Assembly (NCBI RefSeq): GCF_006345805.1
Contig: NC_042997.1
Span: 141,360,001-141,424,000, forward strand
DNA: 64,000 nucleotides
Direction: 5' to 3'
Source: Octopus sinensis
Lineage: Eukaryota
The translations under genes were made by a program, and so were the position numbers. Below the pieces are notes generated by a model. The model worked only from the letters and a program-made list of their open reading frames with translations. It made no database searches and was not told the DNA's origin. Positions 13,073 through 25,293 of the stretch are shown here, piece after piece (positions within the stretch are counted from its first letter, which is position 1; every line of letters starts with the position of its first letter).

Positions 13073-13120
13073 TATGTATGTATGTATGTATGTATGTATG
13101 TATGTATATATGTATGTATG

Positions 13121-13723
13121 TATAAATGTATGTATTTTTGATAATTCCAAGTCGAAATCTCATAGATTGCAGTTATGTTTCACATTTAGCCGATTCTGAA
13201 TAAATCAGAGAATTAAATGAAACAATTTCATATTCAAACGGAGGATGAAAAAATGAAAGAGCTTTACACATGTACGTTAATAATATGAAACCTTTTGATG
13301 TGTAACGTTATCGTATATGGCCGCATGTCGTTCATCACTAGTCATTTTGATATATGACAGCAATCTCAAAGGATGAAAGACAAAGTTGATCTCAATCATA
13401 GGGAGATGGAAAAAAAATAAAGCAACTAATTTTGCTTTACCCTAACGACATTCTCCCTCTGTCAAACTCATACACAAACACACGCGCACACACGATATAC
13501 ATATATATACGAAAGGGTGCTGAAAAATCCCTGGCTTTAAGGGTGTCGCTGAAGGCATGGTTGGAGACCCAACCTTCCGGGTTCTTTTACAGTGATTAGA
13601 AAAAACTGAAGGACCGCTACAATAGATGTGTGAATTTGGGAGGGATATATGCTGAAGGAATTGTAATTAACTGATCTTCTAGTATTTTCTTTTACCCAAA
13701 GCAAGGAACTTTTCAACATCCCA

Positions 13724-13814
<91 letters not shown>

Positions 13815-14451
13815 GTATGTAGTATGTATGTATGTATGTATGTATGTATAAATGTATGTATTTTTGATAATTCCAAGTCGAAATCTCATAGATTGCAGTT
13901 ATGTTTCACATTTAGCCGATTCTGAATAAATCAGAGAATTAAATGAAACAATTTCATATTCAAACGGAGGATGAAAAAATGAAAGAGCTTTACACATGTA
14001 CGTTAATAATATGAAACCTTTTGATGTGTAACGTTATCGTATATGGCCGCATGTCGTTCATCACTAGTCATTTTGATATATGACAGCAATCTCAAAGGAT
14101 GAAAGACAAAGTTGATCTCAAATCATAGGGAGATGGAAAAAAAAATAAAGCAACTAATTTTGCTTTACCCTAACGACATTCTCCCTCTGTCAAACTCATA
14201 CACAAACACACGCGCACACACGATATACATATATATACGAAAGGGTGCTGAAAAATCCCTGGCTTTAAGGGTGTCGCTGAAGGCATGGTTGGAGACCCAA
14301 CCTTCCGGGTTCTTTTACAGTGATTAGAAAAAACTGAAGGACCGCTACAATAGATGTGTGAATTTGGGAGGGATATATGCTGAAGGAATTGTAATTAACT
14401 GATCTTCTAGTATTTTCTTTTACCCAAAGCAAGGAACTTTTCAACATCCCA

Positions 14452-14542
<91 letters not shown>

Positions 14543-14574
14543 GTATGTAGTATGTATGTATGTATGTATGTATA
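13121..14574. repeat. near-identical tandem duplication, units 13121-13846 and 13847-14574
   Basis: The only differences seen are two single-A homopolymer indels; microsatellite interruptions are also identical. Confidence 0.92.
13510..13724 (+). mobile_element. mariner-derived MITE (duplicated at 14238-14452)
   Basis: TA-flanked imperfect TIRs CGAAAGGGTGCTGAAAAATCCCTGGCTTT / AAAGCAAGGAACTTTTCAACATCCCAA; interior KKLKDRYNRCVNLGGIYAE resembles a mariner C-terminus. Confidence 0.75.
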
Positions 14575-15905
14575 TATATATATATATATGGCTGCGGTCA
14601 TACATGTTAAATTTAGCATACACTTCCACATAACAAGAGTGCCCTACAGTCAAAACAAGTAGTGCACTACTATGCAAAATTCAGCAGAAAATATATTCCA
14701 ACTAAGCATTATAATCATTTACTTTATTTTACGAGCTTAACATGCACCACTGTTAGCTGTTACAAACTGCGGACAGGAAAAGATGGGCAATATTTGGTAT
14801 ACGTTTTCCACGGCCCTCCTCGACACAAGATATACGGTTCATGCTCTGAGCGGAACACCTTCTTGGAGACGTTGTGAGCTCATAAATGGTATTAAAAAAA
14901 ACGTTCGAGAGCAATATAGAAAGCACTGGGAATATAGAGGAGTTGACAATATTTTTCTTAGAAATAAATACAAAAAGAGATACAAAACATATATTAAGTG
15001 CATTATCAAAAAACTATTTGTTCATATAAGAATATAGGTGAACATTATGCTATCGGTAAGCAGAAAAAGTATGGTGTCAAATCGCTCACGTTTTTCTTTA
15101 TTTTAGCAAACAAGTCTACTAATTAAAGTAACTAAAATTAGTACGAGTGGGCAGGAGTGCTATAATGTAATACTAGCGGGACCCGAATTAATGGTAAACC
15201 TACTGGGTTATTTCTGAAAGCTTTATCGAAAACACCTAAAAGCGTAGTCTGTGTTGTGTCTGTATAGAAAAATAGTCGCTACTCATTGCAAAGTGAAAGA
15301 AATTGAAATGTAATGATTACTTAATCCACTTTATAAATACACTTTATATTGACTTAATACACAGCACTCATGAAATAAATATTCACTCTTATTTTCCCAT
15401 TTTTCCCAGAAACAAACAAAAAATATCCCGTGTATATGATACAACCTTTAGTTAAATTGCATATATCTGCCACGTAAATAAGCGTGATATTTCATGGAAT
15501 TTCACTTATGCGCATGCGTTAAGTGATAGCCGATATAAAAACTTTCTTCAATCAAAAAAATACACTTTTCACTATCCAATCACCACAACCATCTCCGACT
15601 CCTCCACCACCATCACCTCCAACACCACCTCCATCACCATCACCACCACCAACAACAGCAACACCACCATCATCATCTCTCTCCCTTTCTCTTTCTCTAT
15701 CCTCTCTCTCTCCTCTCTCTCCCTGTCTCTCTCCTTCTCTGTCTTTCTTTAACCTCATCATCAGAACATCACCCCTCTGCTAAAATTATATCTCTAACTC
15801 TCTCTATATCACTTTCTTCAGCTAATTTTTTAAACGAATTAATAAATATTATATTTCCCCTACGCTATATACGCTCCTCTCTCCCTATTTTTCTTTCTCC
15901 GTCTC

Positions 15906-15941
<36 letters not shown>

Positions 15942-17574
15942 CCTGTTTCTGTAACGCAATGACAAGCAGAATTATTATAAGTGGCATTATAAATTCAGTG
16001 CACCAAATTAGTTTGTTTGATGAAAATAATCGTCTGTTTGAAGAAAAGGTTGTAAAACCTGGTATGAGCAATGGGGTGTACAATGCCATTGAGTGAAGGG
16101 CAAAAGTGAGTTAGAGAATAGTGAAAGACAGTAAAATAATACAGTCTTATTTACCTTTATATAGTTGCGAAGGTCTTAGCTGAAATGCTTTTGATCATTA
16201 GTTTGCCAGTTCAGGGTTGACTTGGATGACAACCAATAACCGCAAAAAGATCTTTCTTTACATTATATAGAATGACTTTATAGTTTGGTGCATAAAGAAA
16301 ATTGTATATTCACAGGTCAGTTCGGACTAACCAGATCTATATTCAAAGCCATTCCTGCAATTTATTCAGCCATAGAAAATCTAGAACCACACTAGTTGAT
16401 GCATCTTTCATTAATCAAAGAGACTGGAGTGTTATTTGACAGATATTTGACTGCTACTCCTGGAAGTAAAAGCTCGAACGACTTCCAAAAATGTCTTCTT
16501 CGTTAGAGTTGAGCAGCAAAAGTCAAGAGCGAGCAATACATGAATTGAATGAAATCTATAAATTGTAAATGTGTATCTAAAAAGTATTAAATATTACAAT
16601 AAAATAAAACAATGCTTGGTTTCTGTAGCTAATAACTAATCTTTGTTCACACCCTACTTCCTCTAGATTTCTGAGAAAATGTCAAGTTTCAAAGATCATA
16701 TCTTGTCAAGTCGCGCGTATTCTAGACTTGCTCTTCTGTATTATTTTTCTGCAGTTATTATGCTTTCGCATTGTTCTTTGTCGTTTTTTTATTATGCCCC
16801 TTATAACTTTTTTGTATTTGTATATTTCTATGCTTTGTTATAAATGTGCATGCAATTAACAATTAAAGTTGGTTATTTTATCTGACTGTCTAGAATCTCA
16901 CGTACGAGGCAAGATCTAAAAGTTCGTGCCATTATATATTTTCTTTCTTTAAAGTGATTCAGTTATCACAATTTTTTTCCTTAGTCTTTCTATTTTATTT
17001 ATTCGGCAATTAACACACCTCTAAAGTAAATTAAGTAAATACCAAAGATTACTAATCAATATATCTCACTTAAAGAAAATAATACACAGATTCACAGAAT
17101 TCTTTGCACGCTTTGAGTAATCACGTAGACGAAAATCGACAAAAGAATTCCGGAAAACGTGTCTAATAATGATTTCTTACATTGGTACAAAGACCACACA
17201 TTTGTTAGTGGGGGGTTACACTTGGTAGAAGGGGGTTCTGAGCGACAGAATCTAGCCTAGATTGAGATTCCTATTTATGGTATCGATCTTTCTATGATGA
17301 ATAGCAAAGTCAGGCAACAAATATTTGACTCTTAACAATATTTATGTTTGATTTTATGAAATATTCGATAAGTGCTCATGAACTTTGCAGACGCAACCAG
17401 ACAGGTCAAATTGGTGCGGTTGATGTTCAAGTTAATGTACGTAGTGTAACTTTGAAAGGATGGGAAGTATGACATAGCAAAAGTGATCGCCAGAATTAGA
17501 CGCGATTACGATAGCGATAGAAGAGATACGGTAGAGAAAAGAAAGAAGTTACATTAAAACGACTGATTCTTATA

Positions 17575-18260
17575 TCTGTCAAGACGAGATGTTGTCAATA
17601 TTGTTGCTTGGGTTACGTGAGCTTCGTGAGACGGTGCTGAGTTTTCTTTTATCGCATAATTCATCCATCCAGGGCTTAACTTTCTCTAGCAGCATGAATT
17701 CTAAAACCCTATGGAAAATGTGAGATTGCGTGACATGACCTTTATCTATCACTCCTAAAAGCTACACAGTTGCCCCTGCCAGAAACATAGTGTGCATCTC
17801 TCTGGTGATATCGGAAGGATTTGCACATAACCATCTGTCATTTTACCTTTTGGACTTGGTCAAAATTTTTCTCATCGGAGAAGAACCAAAGCTTGTAATA
17901 TTCGTGGTTTGTAACCTTGTTATGTAATCTCTTGGCACAGATCAAACGGTTTACCCACGTTGTTTTAGACATGAATTTGTCTCACATCTGTACATACAAA
18001 TGATATTGAATGACTTCGTGAACCAGAGTACTGAAAGTCCATTCCGTCAGCTGAAGTTCTTTGGAGATGGATAACCCATGTGATGAATTACGATGGAAAC
18101 TGTGCCAACGTTTAAAATGATTGATGTTTTTTTTTTTGGTACAGTTGAAAAATTCTCGCCCAGAGCTTCCAATTCCTTCCAACCTTTTTGTACCAAAGAT
18201 CTTGCAGCATTTTACAATTTCTTAATCACTGTGTTCTGAACATATACCAAAAATTACTGC
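17575..18260 (-). pseudogene. decayed Tc1/mariner (maT-like) transposase
   Basis: Frameshifted minus-strand motifs KLWFFSDEKNFDQVQK, DRWLCANP, LLGVIDKGHV, VKPWMD, NSAPSHEAHVTQ. Confidence 0.75.
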
Positions 18261-19713
18261 ATATCCTTTCCTTTCTTGTATTAGCATTTTATCTGTCAAG
18301 GGGTATCTGAAATAATAATAATCTTTTAATTGATTTGAAGAGAGTGGAATTCTGATAACTAAGTGTATTCAATGTCTCCAATTATCAATAACCTCAACTA
18401 AAGACAACTCCATCCTTTACCAGCTATTTGGCCACTAAATTTCAAAACCCGGCAGTCTAAGATTACTTATAAACATCACATCTGGTTGCCTTGTATTTTT
18501 CTTTATCTGAACTTGGAAAATACTGTAAGCAACTGGGTTTTGTTTTCACATACAGAATAGTAACGGTGTCTTCAGTTCTGTCAATTCTTTGTTTTCCCTC
18601 TGAAACTTCAACCTTCACTCTGCTATGTAAACGGAATAATTACATACATGCATCTCCAGTACCGACGGAATGTCATACTATTTTAAATGGCTCCTTATTA
18701 TAAGCCCAATCATCACTTTACTTTCTTTCCTTTATGTGAACTTGTTCAAAGTAATTCTTCAATTTAATGGGTTAAAGACAGTATGGGGGATGAGAAATGG
18801 GTTTTTGGAGTTGAAAAATACATCAAACGCATTTGTGTATGTGTTAGTATATCTAATACACGAAACGAATGTATATGAGAGGATACTACCAGATGCAGAG
18901 AGACGATAGTGGCAAAGAATGGCCCTTTGCCAGCAGGGTCGTGTGTGAATTGTGTATGTTGAAGTTACTGAAGGTGGTGAGTTCTGAGATAGGTAAGGTG
19001 TGTTTATTTACAGGAAGTGGCATAACTGGGTTGTTTATTGTACGTGAAGGACAATAATAGGACACGTGTATGAGTATATGAATTGATAGGGATTATAGAT
19101 TTATAGGTTTTTCTCTTCTGCATTAGTTTGCCTTCATGATTTTCTTATAGGTAAGAACTCGTGATTTTAATTTTAAGAGTACATATTTCAAGCGGAGTAT
19201 ACGTTCTTAATTAAGAGTTTGTATGTTACTCGAAGTGAGACATTATTATTATATATTTAAATTCTGTACTATCTTACGGCCCCGTCCTTAATTAAGAAAT
19301 GCTTGTTTTGCCTGATTATCAAACCCCCATGAAGCCAAGGCAGCTAAAACGAAAGACATACATTCATGGAGCAATGTGGTAAATTAGAATTCGACAAATA
19401 CAATATAATAAATGCTAATGGCTATACTAACAGCTAATTAGATATGAATTATTTGATTATGAAAGTTGGTGATCTATTTTAGTATATTAGTAATAGTATT
19501 TTACTTAACCATACTGCTTCAATATTATTTTTTCATCCAAAGTTTTTTATTCCAGTCAATTTTCTTTTCTTTTATGCCTGGGTGAAACGTGAACATGTCC
19601 ATAATTTTTAACTTCCAGACAACCAGGTTTTATGAATATACGTAATTAAACACTGATATCTCTTCAATGGTATATTCTAAAGATTTTTATTCTTACTTTC
19701 ACTATTTCATCAG

Positions 19714-19780
19714 TTTCTTCGCTAAGATTAGATTTAAGTCCAGCCGGGTGCCGACGGTGAAGAAATATAACTGCAGCCAG
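19714..19780 (+). CDS. possible internal exon (FFAKIRFKSSRVPTVKKYNCSQ), unverified
   Basis: Long pyrimidine tract + CAG at 19711-19713, GT at 19781, single open frame, phase-compatible with acceptor at 20836; donor weak. Confidence 0.2.
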
Positions 19781-20870
19781 GTTTCAAATTTTAGAAAGAA
19801 ATAATTCAGTTCATTTATATTTAATATTAAATATTGTTTATTTTCGGAAGATACAGAGAGGTATGATAAACGACAACATACGAAGCGATGTATACATATA
19901 TAGATGTGTATGTGTGTGAGTGTTGTTAGTAGGTTACGAATGAAGTCATGAAAAAATTTGCAAGTATTCAACCATAGTTTGAATAATGCTGTCAGTACAA
20001 CCATTGTTTTTAGAACGAATTCGGATTCACAATAATGGATAAACTGAAAAACTTAATTACTAAAAGAAATTGCTCATTACTTATTTTATTGTTCGTTATC
20101 TACGTGTACATACATGCATACATACATACGTACATACTGTTAGTAAATTAAGGTTTTCTTACAAATTATACCTGTTTTATGAGTATATTATGAAATAATA
20201 TTAGTATTGAGCTTTGTAACTTACATTGCATTATAAATTATAACAGGTAAACAGACAGTTTTGCATGCAGCACTGTAAGGTCAGGATGAAGTCCATTGTC
20301 AAAATGGGGTAAGTTAGGTGTAAATAGCTAAAGTGTGAAACTCTTACAAATTGGCTAGACCTTAGCAAACTTATAAACAGAGATAATTGTACACTCAGTT
20401 TTTTGTGGCAGTGTTTCCTGTGAGATAAGGTTGTTCAATTGGATTCTGGAAGCTACGATTGCCTGTTTAGTTTATGCACTTTGTGCTTCGTGTTAGGCAT
20501 TTATTGATTTATATTTTGACTGCACGTCTAGTGTAGCATTAATTTATTTGTTCCTATATATTTGTTTGTATGTAGGTTGTTTGTGTATGCTGACGCTTAA
20601 TTGTTAATAATATTTTAAAAAACTTCATGGTGTGTTGTTGTTTTGGGTTCACCCCATCATTGTTGGTTGTGTAGATTTGGGTTATGGCCACCATATCGTA
20701 ACGATATATACATAGTCTGCATAATGACATACATTAATAATAACATTCATTAATACATGCATGCATATTATATATATACGCAGCATACATATATGTATGT
20801 ATGTATATTTTGATTCTTGTTTCATCGTCGTTGCAGAAGGCATCCGACAGCATGACTGAGAACATCATGC

Positions 20871-21082
20871 TCAACAGCGTAGTGCGACTACACAGCACTG
20901 CGTGGCTCTGTTAGTAACTGGGAATGCGTCGGAAGAATCTCTACTGTCCAGTACTCGAGCAGCCATGCCATTGTGGAATTTGTGCTGGTAGCCGTTCAAG
21001 AATTTGGATCTGGAGATCTCCATTTCCAGCGACTTCGAGGGCCACTTCCCAGTGGTGTCGGACGTCAGCGAAGAGCCCTCGA
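20871..21082 (-). CDS. candidate terminal coding exon of unidentified gene (EGSSLTSDTTGKWPSK...NRATQCCVVALRC*)
   Basis: GC-rich island, U-rich acceptor TTGTTGTAG ending 21083, 70 codons to TGA, GC3-rich; competing plus-strand readings exist. Confidence 0.35.
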
Positions 21083-22055
21083 CTACAACAAGACGACCAA
21101 AGTTTTATTTTTCCAAGGTCCGGGGTCTCCCGCCCCTAAGCCCTAGACCATCACCTAATCATCCTTACCCGTCTTGTTGCTTAACAACAACAACAACCAT
21201 GACCCTCGTATGACACTCATACTTGTAAAAGCATTACTTCCTGACTCATGCTTTATAAGTATTGCACGGATGGTACAGTATATAGCTTAGAGGATTCGAG
21301 CTCGTACGAAGTAGTAACTTTAGTAAAGATAGCGTTTTCTAATGATTCATGACCATAAATATTCATTTACAGTAAAGTAAAAAAGAATGCTGAGGGGAGT
21401 TAACCAAAAGCCATTAATCAATACACAGAGAATACAAATCCTTAAACGACAGCTCTACTTATCTACACGTAATCGTTTCTTGCATGTGCAACATTGTCAT
21501 TTCATTGTATATAGCGATATAAAGTAAAACGAACAGTATAGGCAAGCAACAGCGTGATGGATGCGAGAAAATGCACAAAGATAAAAAAAACACAAAATAG
21601 AAATTCTTCAATTGCAGTAAAATCTTTTCATTAAATTCTATCTCTCTCTATTTTTTAATCCATTTTACTGTTATATCGAATAAAAAATTATTACGAATTT
21701 CTGTTATGTTGTTAGATGTCTATCGGATTGATGTCAAGGATATTTTTTCTAATTATTTCCTTTGATGTTATATTAAACATTCAACATTGTAGTTGTTATT
21801 CTTGCAACAACATAGTAATATAGACTCTTTTTCTGTCTGTTGTAGCTCTGTTTCTTTGCGTATTTCTTTCTTTCTCTCCTCGTCTCCCCTCTCCTCTTTC
21901 CGCCACCGCCCTCTGACTCACCTACTCGATCACCATCGCTCTATCCTTTATCTCGTCAGCTGAGATGGTTTAAATTTGATTGTAGAGATTCAAAGTTGTG
22001 GGATATTGGCCTCAGATCAGGCACACACATGCATACAAACATGAATATACATATA

Positions 22056-22139
<84 letters not shown>

Positions 22140-22225
22140 AATAAATATTAGGGAATAAATCCAAATTTACAGGGAAAATATCAGATTTAGGATTAAATCC
22201 AATTTTATAGTAAAATATTATATAA

Positions 22226-22535
22226 TATAATATTAATTCGAGACAAAACCACTATTTTGCAAAACAAACAAGGAAAGACTTAATCAATACATAAAAATTT
22301 TTAATATAAAGAAATAAACCGCCACTACAATCGTTTCATGTCTTCAATGACATTCGTCAGGTGGATTTTCGATCTCCTAATCTGTTTTAATTTAGGAGAT
22401 CGAAAATCCACCTGACGAATGTCATTGAAGACATGAAACGATTGTAGTGGCGGTTTATTTCTTTATATTAAAATTTTTTATGTATTGATTAAGTCTTTCC
22501 TTGTTTGTTTTGCAAAATAGTGGTTTTGTCTCGAA

Positions 22536-22546
<11 letters not shown>
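22226..22546. mobile_element. 155-bp near-perfect inverted repeat carrying two opposed hammerheads (Penelope-like)
   Basis: Arms 22226-22380 and 22392-22546, one mismatch seen, 11-nt spacer, (TA)n nearby on both sides. Confidence 0.88.
22408..22450 (+). ncRNA. minimal type I hammerhead (mirror copy on minus strand 22322-22364)
   Basis: CCAC-CUGACGA-AUGUC(auugaa)GACAU-GAAA-C(gauu)GUA/GUGG; stem II covaries with the 11561 copy. Confidence 0.85.
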
Positions 22547-22625
<79 letters not shown>

Positions 22626-22836
22626 CCCAAAATGGTTTAAAGGGATATCTGATCCTGATCCTGGCGGTTACCGTGTTGTCTGTTATATATGTTCTCGATG
22701 CCGGCTAGCCTCAGCAAATGATAGTGAAGCACGAGTTAGTAAAAGTTTACTACACTCGTTATTATCTTTACTTGGTAAATCTGAATGTCCTTTTAAGGAC
22801 TGCATACATGATTCTATGGAAAAAATAATGAGATTA

Positions 22837-22884
<48 letters not shown>

Positions 22885-22889
22885 ACTAA

Positions 22890-22929
22890 ATGTCCTGAAG
22901 AAGGGGCCTTCGCTCCGAAATATTGAAAT
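22890..22929 (+). ncRNA. degenerate minimal hammerhead motif
   Basis: AUGUC-CUGAAGA-A-GGGGC(cuuc)GCUCC-GAAA-UAUU/GAAAU; palindromic stem III AUAU; one mismatch in stem I. Confidence 0.5.
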
Positions 22930-23094
22930 ACAAGGTAAAACTGGAAATTTGTTCTGTTTTCTTTTCCTTTTGTAATTTACTTTATACCTTTGCGCACTGT
23001 TCCGACTTTACATAACTAGATTCTTTAAAGTTAAACCTCACAATGCTTCGCTAAAACTACCGCATCTATATAAATATATATATATATATATAAT

Positions 23095-24702
23095 TTCAGT
23101 AAAACAATTAAGATTCAAGTGAATTCCAATGAATTTACATGAATGTGGTACTTAACTTAGATGCACCAGAAATCTTTATGATATTAACCATAAAATAATG
23201 TGGGATGATTATAAACAAGAAAAAAACAACAAGAATGGATTAGTTGTTCAGTAAGATCAAGGAACTCAAAAATAATAATATTAAATATAGCCTTAATTGG
23301 GAAATAGAAGAGCGATACCTTATAGAAATATCAGGGTAGGTTGCCAACTCTGTTCCATGGAGACATATGAAATTTTAAAGCATAGAAAAAATAAAAATTT
23401 GTTAAATAACCGTATTGAATTAGGAACTCTTGTATTCACTCAAAAATCAAGACTCTTAAATATTTTAAATAAAAATCGTATAGAATAATCGTATAGAGCT
23501 AGGTCTATCTTGTATTTACTAAAAAAGCAAAACTCTAATATATTTTAAATAGATATCTGTGAGCTCTTCCATTGGTGTTCTTTCTTTCTAACTGTACCTG
23601 TTTAGAACACAAAAAAAACAAATAGTATTTGTACGTTGCCAAATTTTAATTGACTATATAGTCAATTTAATTAACCTAACTTAAATCAAAGAAATTCCTA
23701 ATACTTCCTAATTCTATTCTAAGTTTAATAGGTAATGCTACTCCCTTAATAATAATAATATAAAGAATTTTCACTATATTTTGAATAAGCAATACTCTCA
23801 CACCATTTACTATAGAAATTAATTGACCTCTAGGTATAGACATAAATTCTGTCTTACAATTTATAAACATTAGTATAAATAGAAACAATACTAAATAAAT
23901 AAATTAATAACATCCTGTTCTAGTGTTGCACTTAAATTTCTTACTGTATCTTCCTCTACTGATAGCCTTTGACCTCTTTAATTCTTTCCTTTGATCTCTT
24001 TATATTCTTTATCCCGCCATTAACTCTGTAGGAGTGGCAGTTAATAGCTGTCTACTGGTCAAAAATAATGTTCTATTATAAATCTTAAATTCCTGCAACA
24101 CTGACCTAGATTTTCTGTCACCACAGAAATAAACTAAACTTTGTAAGTTGTGTACTTACACCCCCCTTCCTCTCATAATGTCCTTATTTGGGCGGTTTCT
24201 GCTTCACTGACTTCTTTTGCGACTTCTTTTAGCCACTATAGCCAATCTCTTCTTCCAACAACGTAGTTTGTGAAATGAATAGATGTGTGATCAACATCTC
24301 CTCATATATCAGGAAATTACATCTGCATTATTATGGATACATTCATCTTCTCTGAGAATAAAATCTCTCCTCATATCTCCGGAAATTACACCTGCATTAT
24401 TATGGATGGATTTACCTTTTCTGTGAAGCTAACAATCTTTTTTAAAAACCTTTTATAAAACTGTGCATCATTAGAAAACATTTTAAGTCTGCTTACAATC
24501 TAACTTTGCTTTTCATGGAATTCTCTTCGATACTTCATGAGTGTAGCCTCACCCCTCTAGGATGTTTGGAAAACTCACATGTGTTTTGGCTGATAAATAC
24601 GGGACACTTGTATTTGCTGCAATATTTGCAGCTTTAAATAAATCTGTTCTTCGTATGAAACAATTGTACTGAACAACTAATCCATTCTTGTTGCTTTTTT
24701 CT

Positions 24703-24705
<3 letters not shown>
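23095..24705. mobile_element. Penelope-like element with inverted termini and ~1.3-kb decayed interior
   Basis: CAACAAGAATGGATTAGTTGTTCAGTA (~23228-23254) is the reverse complement of 24667-24693; 23095-23250 homologous to 24760-24915; (TA)n flanks. Confidence 0.65.
24584..24674 (+). ncRNA. hammerhead motif with extended loop II, core mutated (CUGAUAA)
   Basis: Homologue of 25134-25224; stem II AUAC/GUAU; GAAAC-AAUU-GUA with palindromic ACAAUUGU. Confidence 0.55.
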
Positions 24706-24755
<50 letters not shown>

Positions 24756-24758
<3 letters not shown>

Positions 24759-25254
24759 AAGAGCAATAAAGATTCAAGTTAATTTAAAAAATTTACTTGA
24801 ATATGGTACCTAACTTAGATGCACCAAAAAAAACTATACTGATTTAACAATACAGTAATGTGGGGTGATTATAAGCGAGAAAGAAGCAACAAGAATGGAT
24901 AGGTTTTTAGTACGATCGTTTCATACAAGGACAGGTTTTATTAAAAGTTGCAAAGATTACAGCATATAAACGAGTCCCGTACTCATCAGCTAAAATACAT
25001 GTAAGTTCTCTAGACATCCTAGTGTTAAAGGAACTTTAAGGAACTTTAATGAAATTTAGAAATCTGTTTAATTATCTACATTACTTCATGAGTATAGCCT
25101 CAAACACTAGGATGTCTAGAGAACTTACATGTATTTTAGCTGATGAGTACGGGACTCGTTTATATGCTGTAATCTTTGCAACTTTTAATAAAACCTGTCC
25201 TTGTATGAAACGATCGTACTAAAAACCTATCCATTCTTGTTGCTTCTTTCTCGC
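24756..25254. mobile_element. Penelope-like inverted-repeat element, 152-bp arms each holding a hammerhead
   Basis: Arms 24875-25026 and 25103-25254 appear perfectly complementary; 76-nt spacer; (TA)n on both sides. Confidence 0.88.
25134..25224 (+). ncRNA. type I hammerhead with extended loop II (mirror copy on minus strand 24905-24995)
   Basis: UUUUAG-CUGAUGA-GUACGGGAC...GUCCUUGUAU-GAAA-C(GAUC)GUA/CUAAAA; 6-bp stem I, palindromic stem III ACGAUCGU. Confidence 0.82.

Positions 25255-25289
<35 letters not shown>

Positions 25290-25293
<4 letters not shown>

Noticed and set aside
15523-15783. Proline-rich extensin/formin-like ORF
   Set aside because: Degenerate (CCA)n/(CT)n low-complexity sequence without splice or domain support.
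23560-24530. GIY-YIG or RT ORF inside the inverted-terminus element
   Set aside because: Only broken frames and a 42-bp tandem repeat (IHNNAGVISGDMRR-like); no diagnostic motif.
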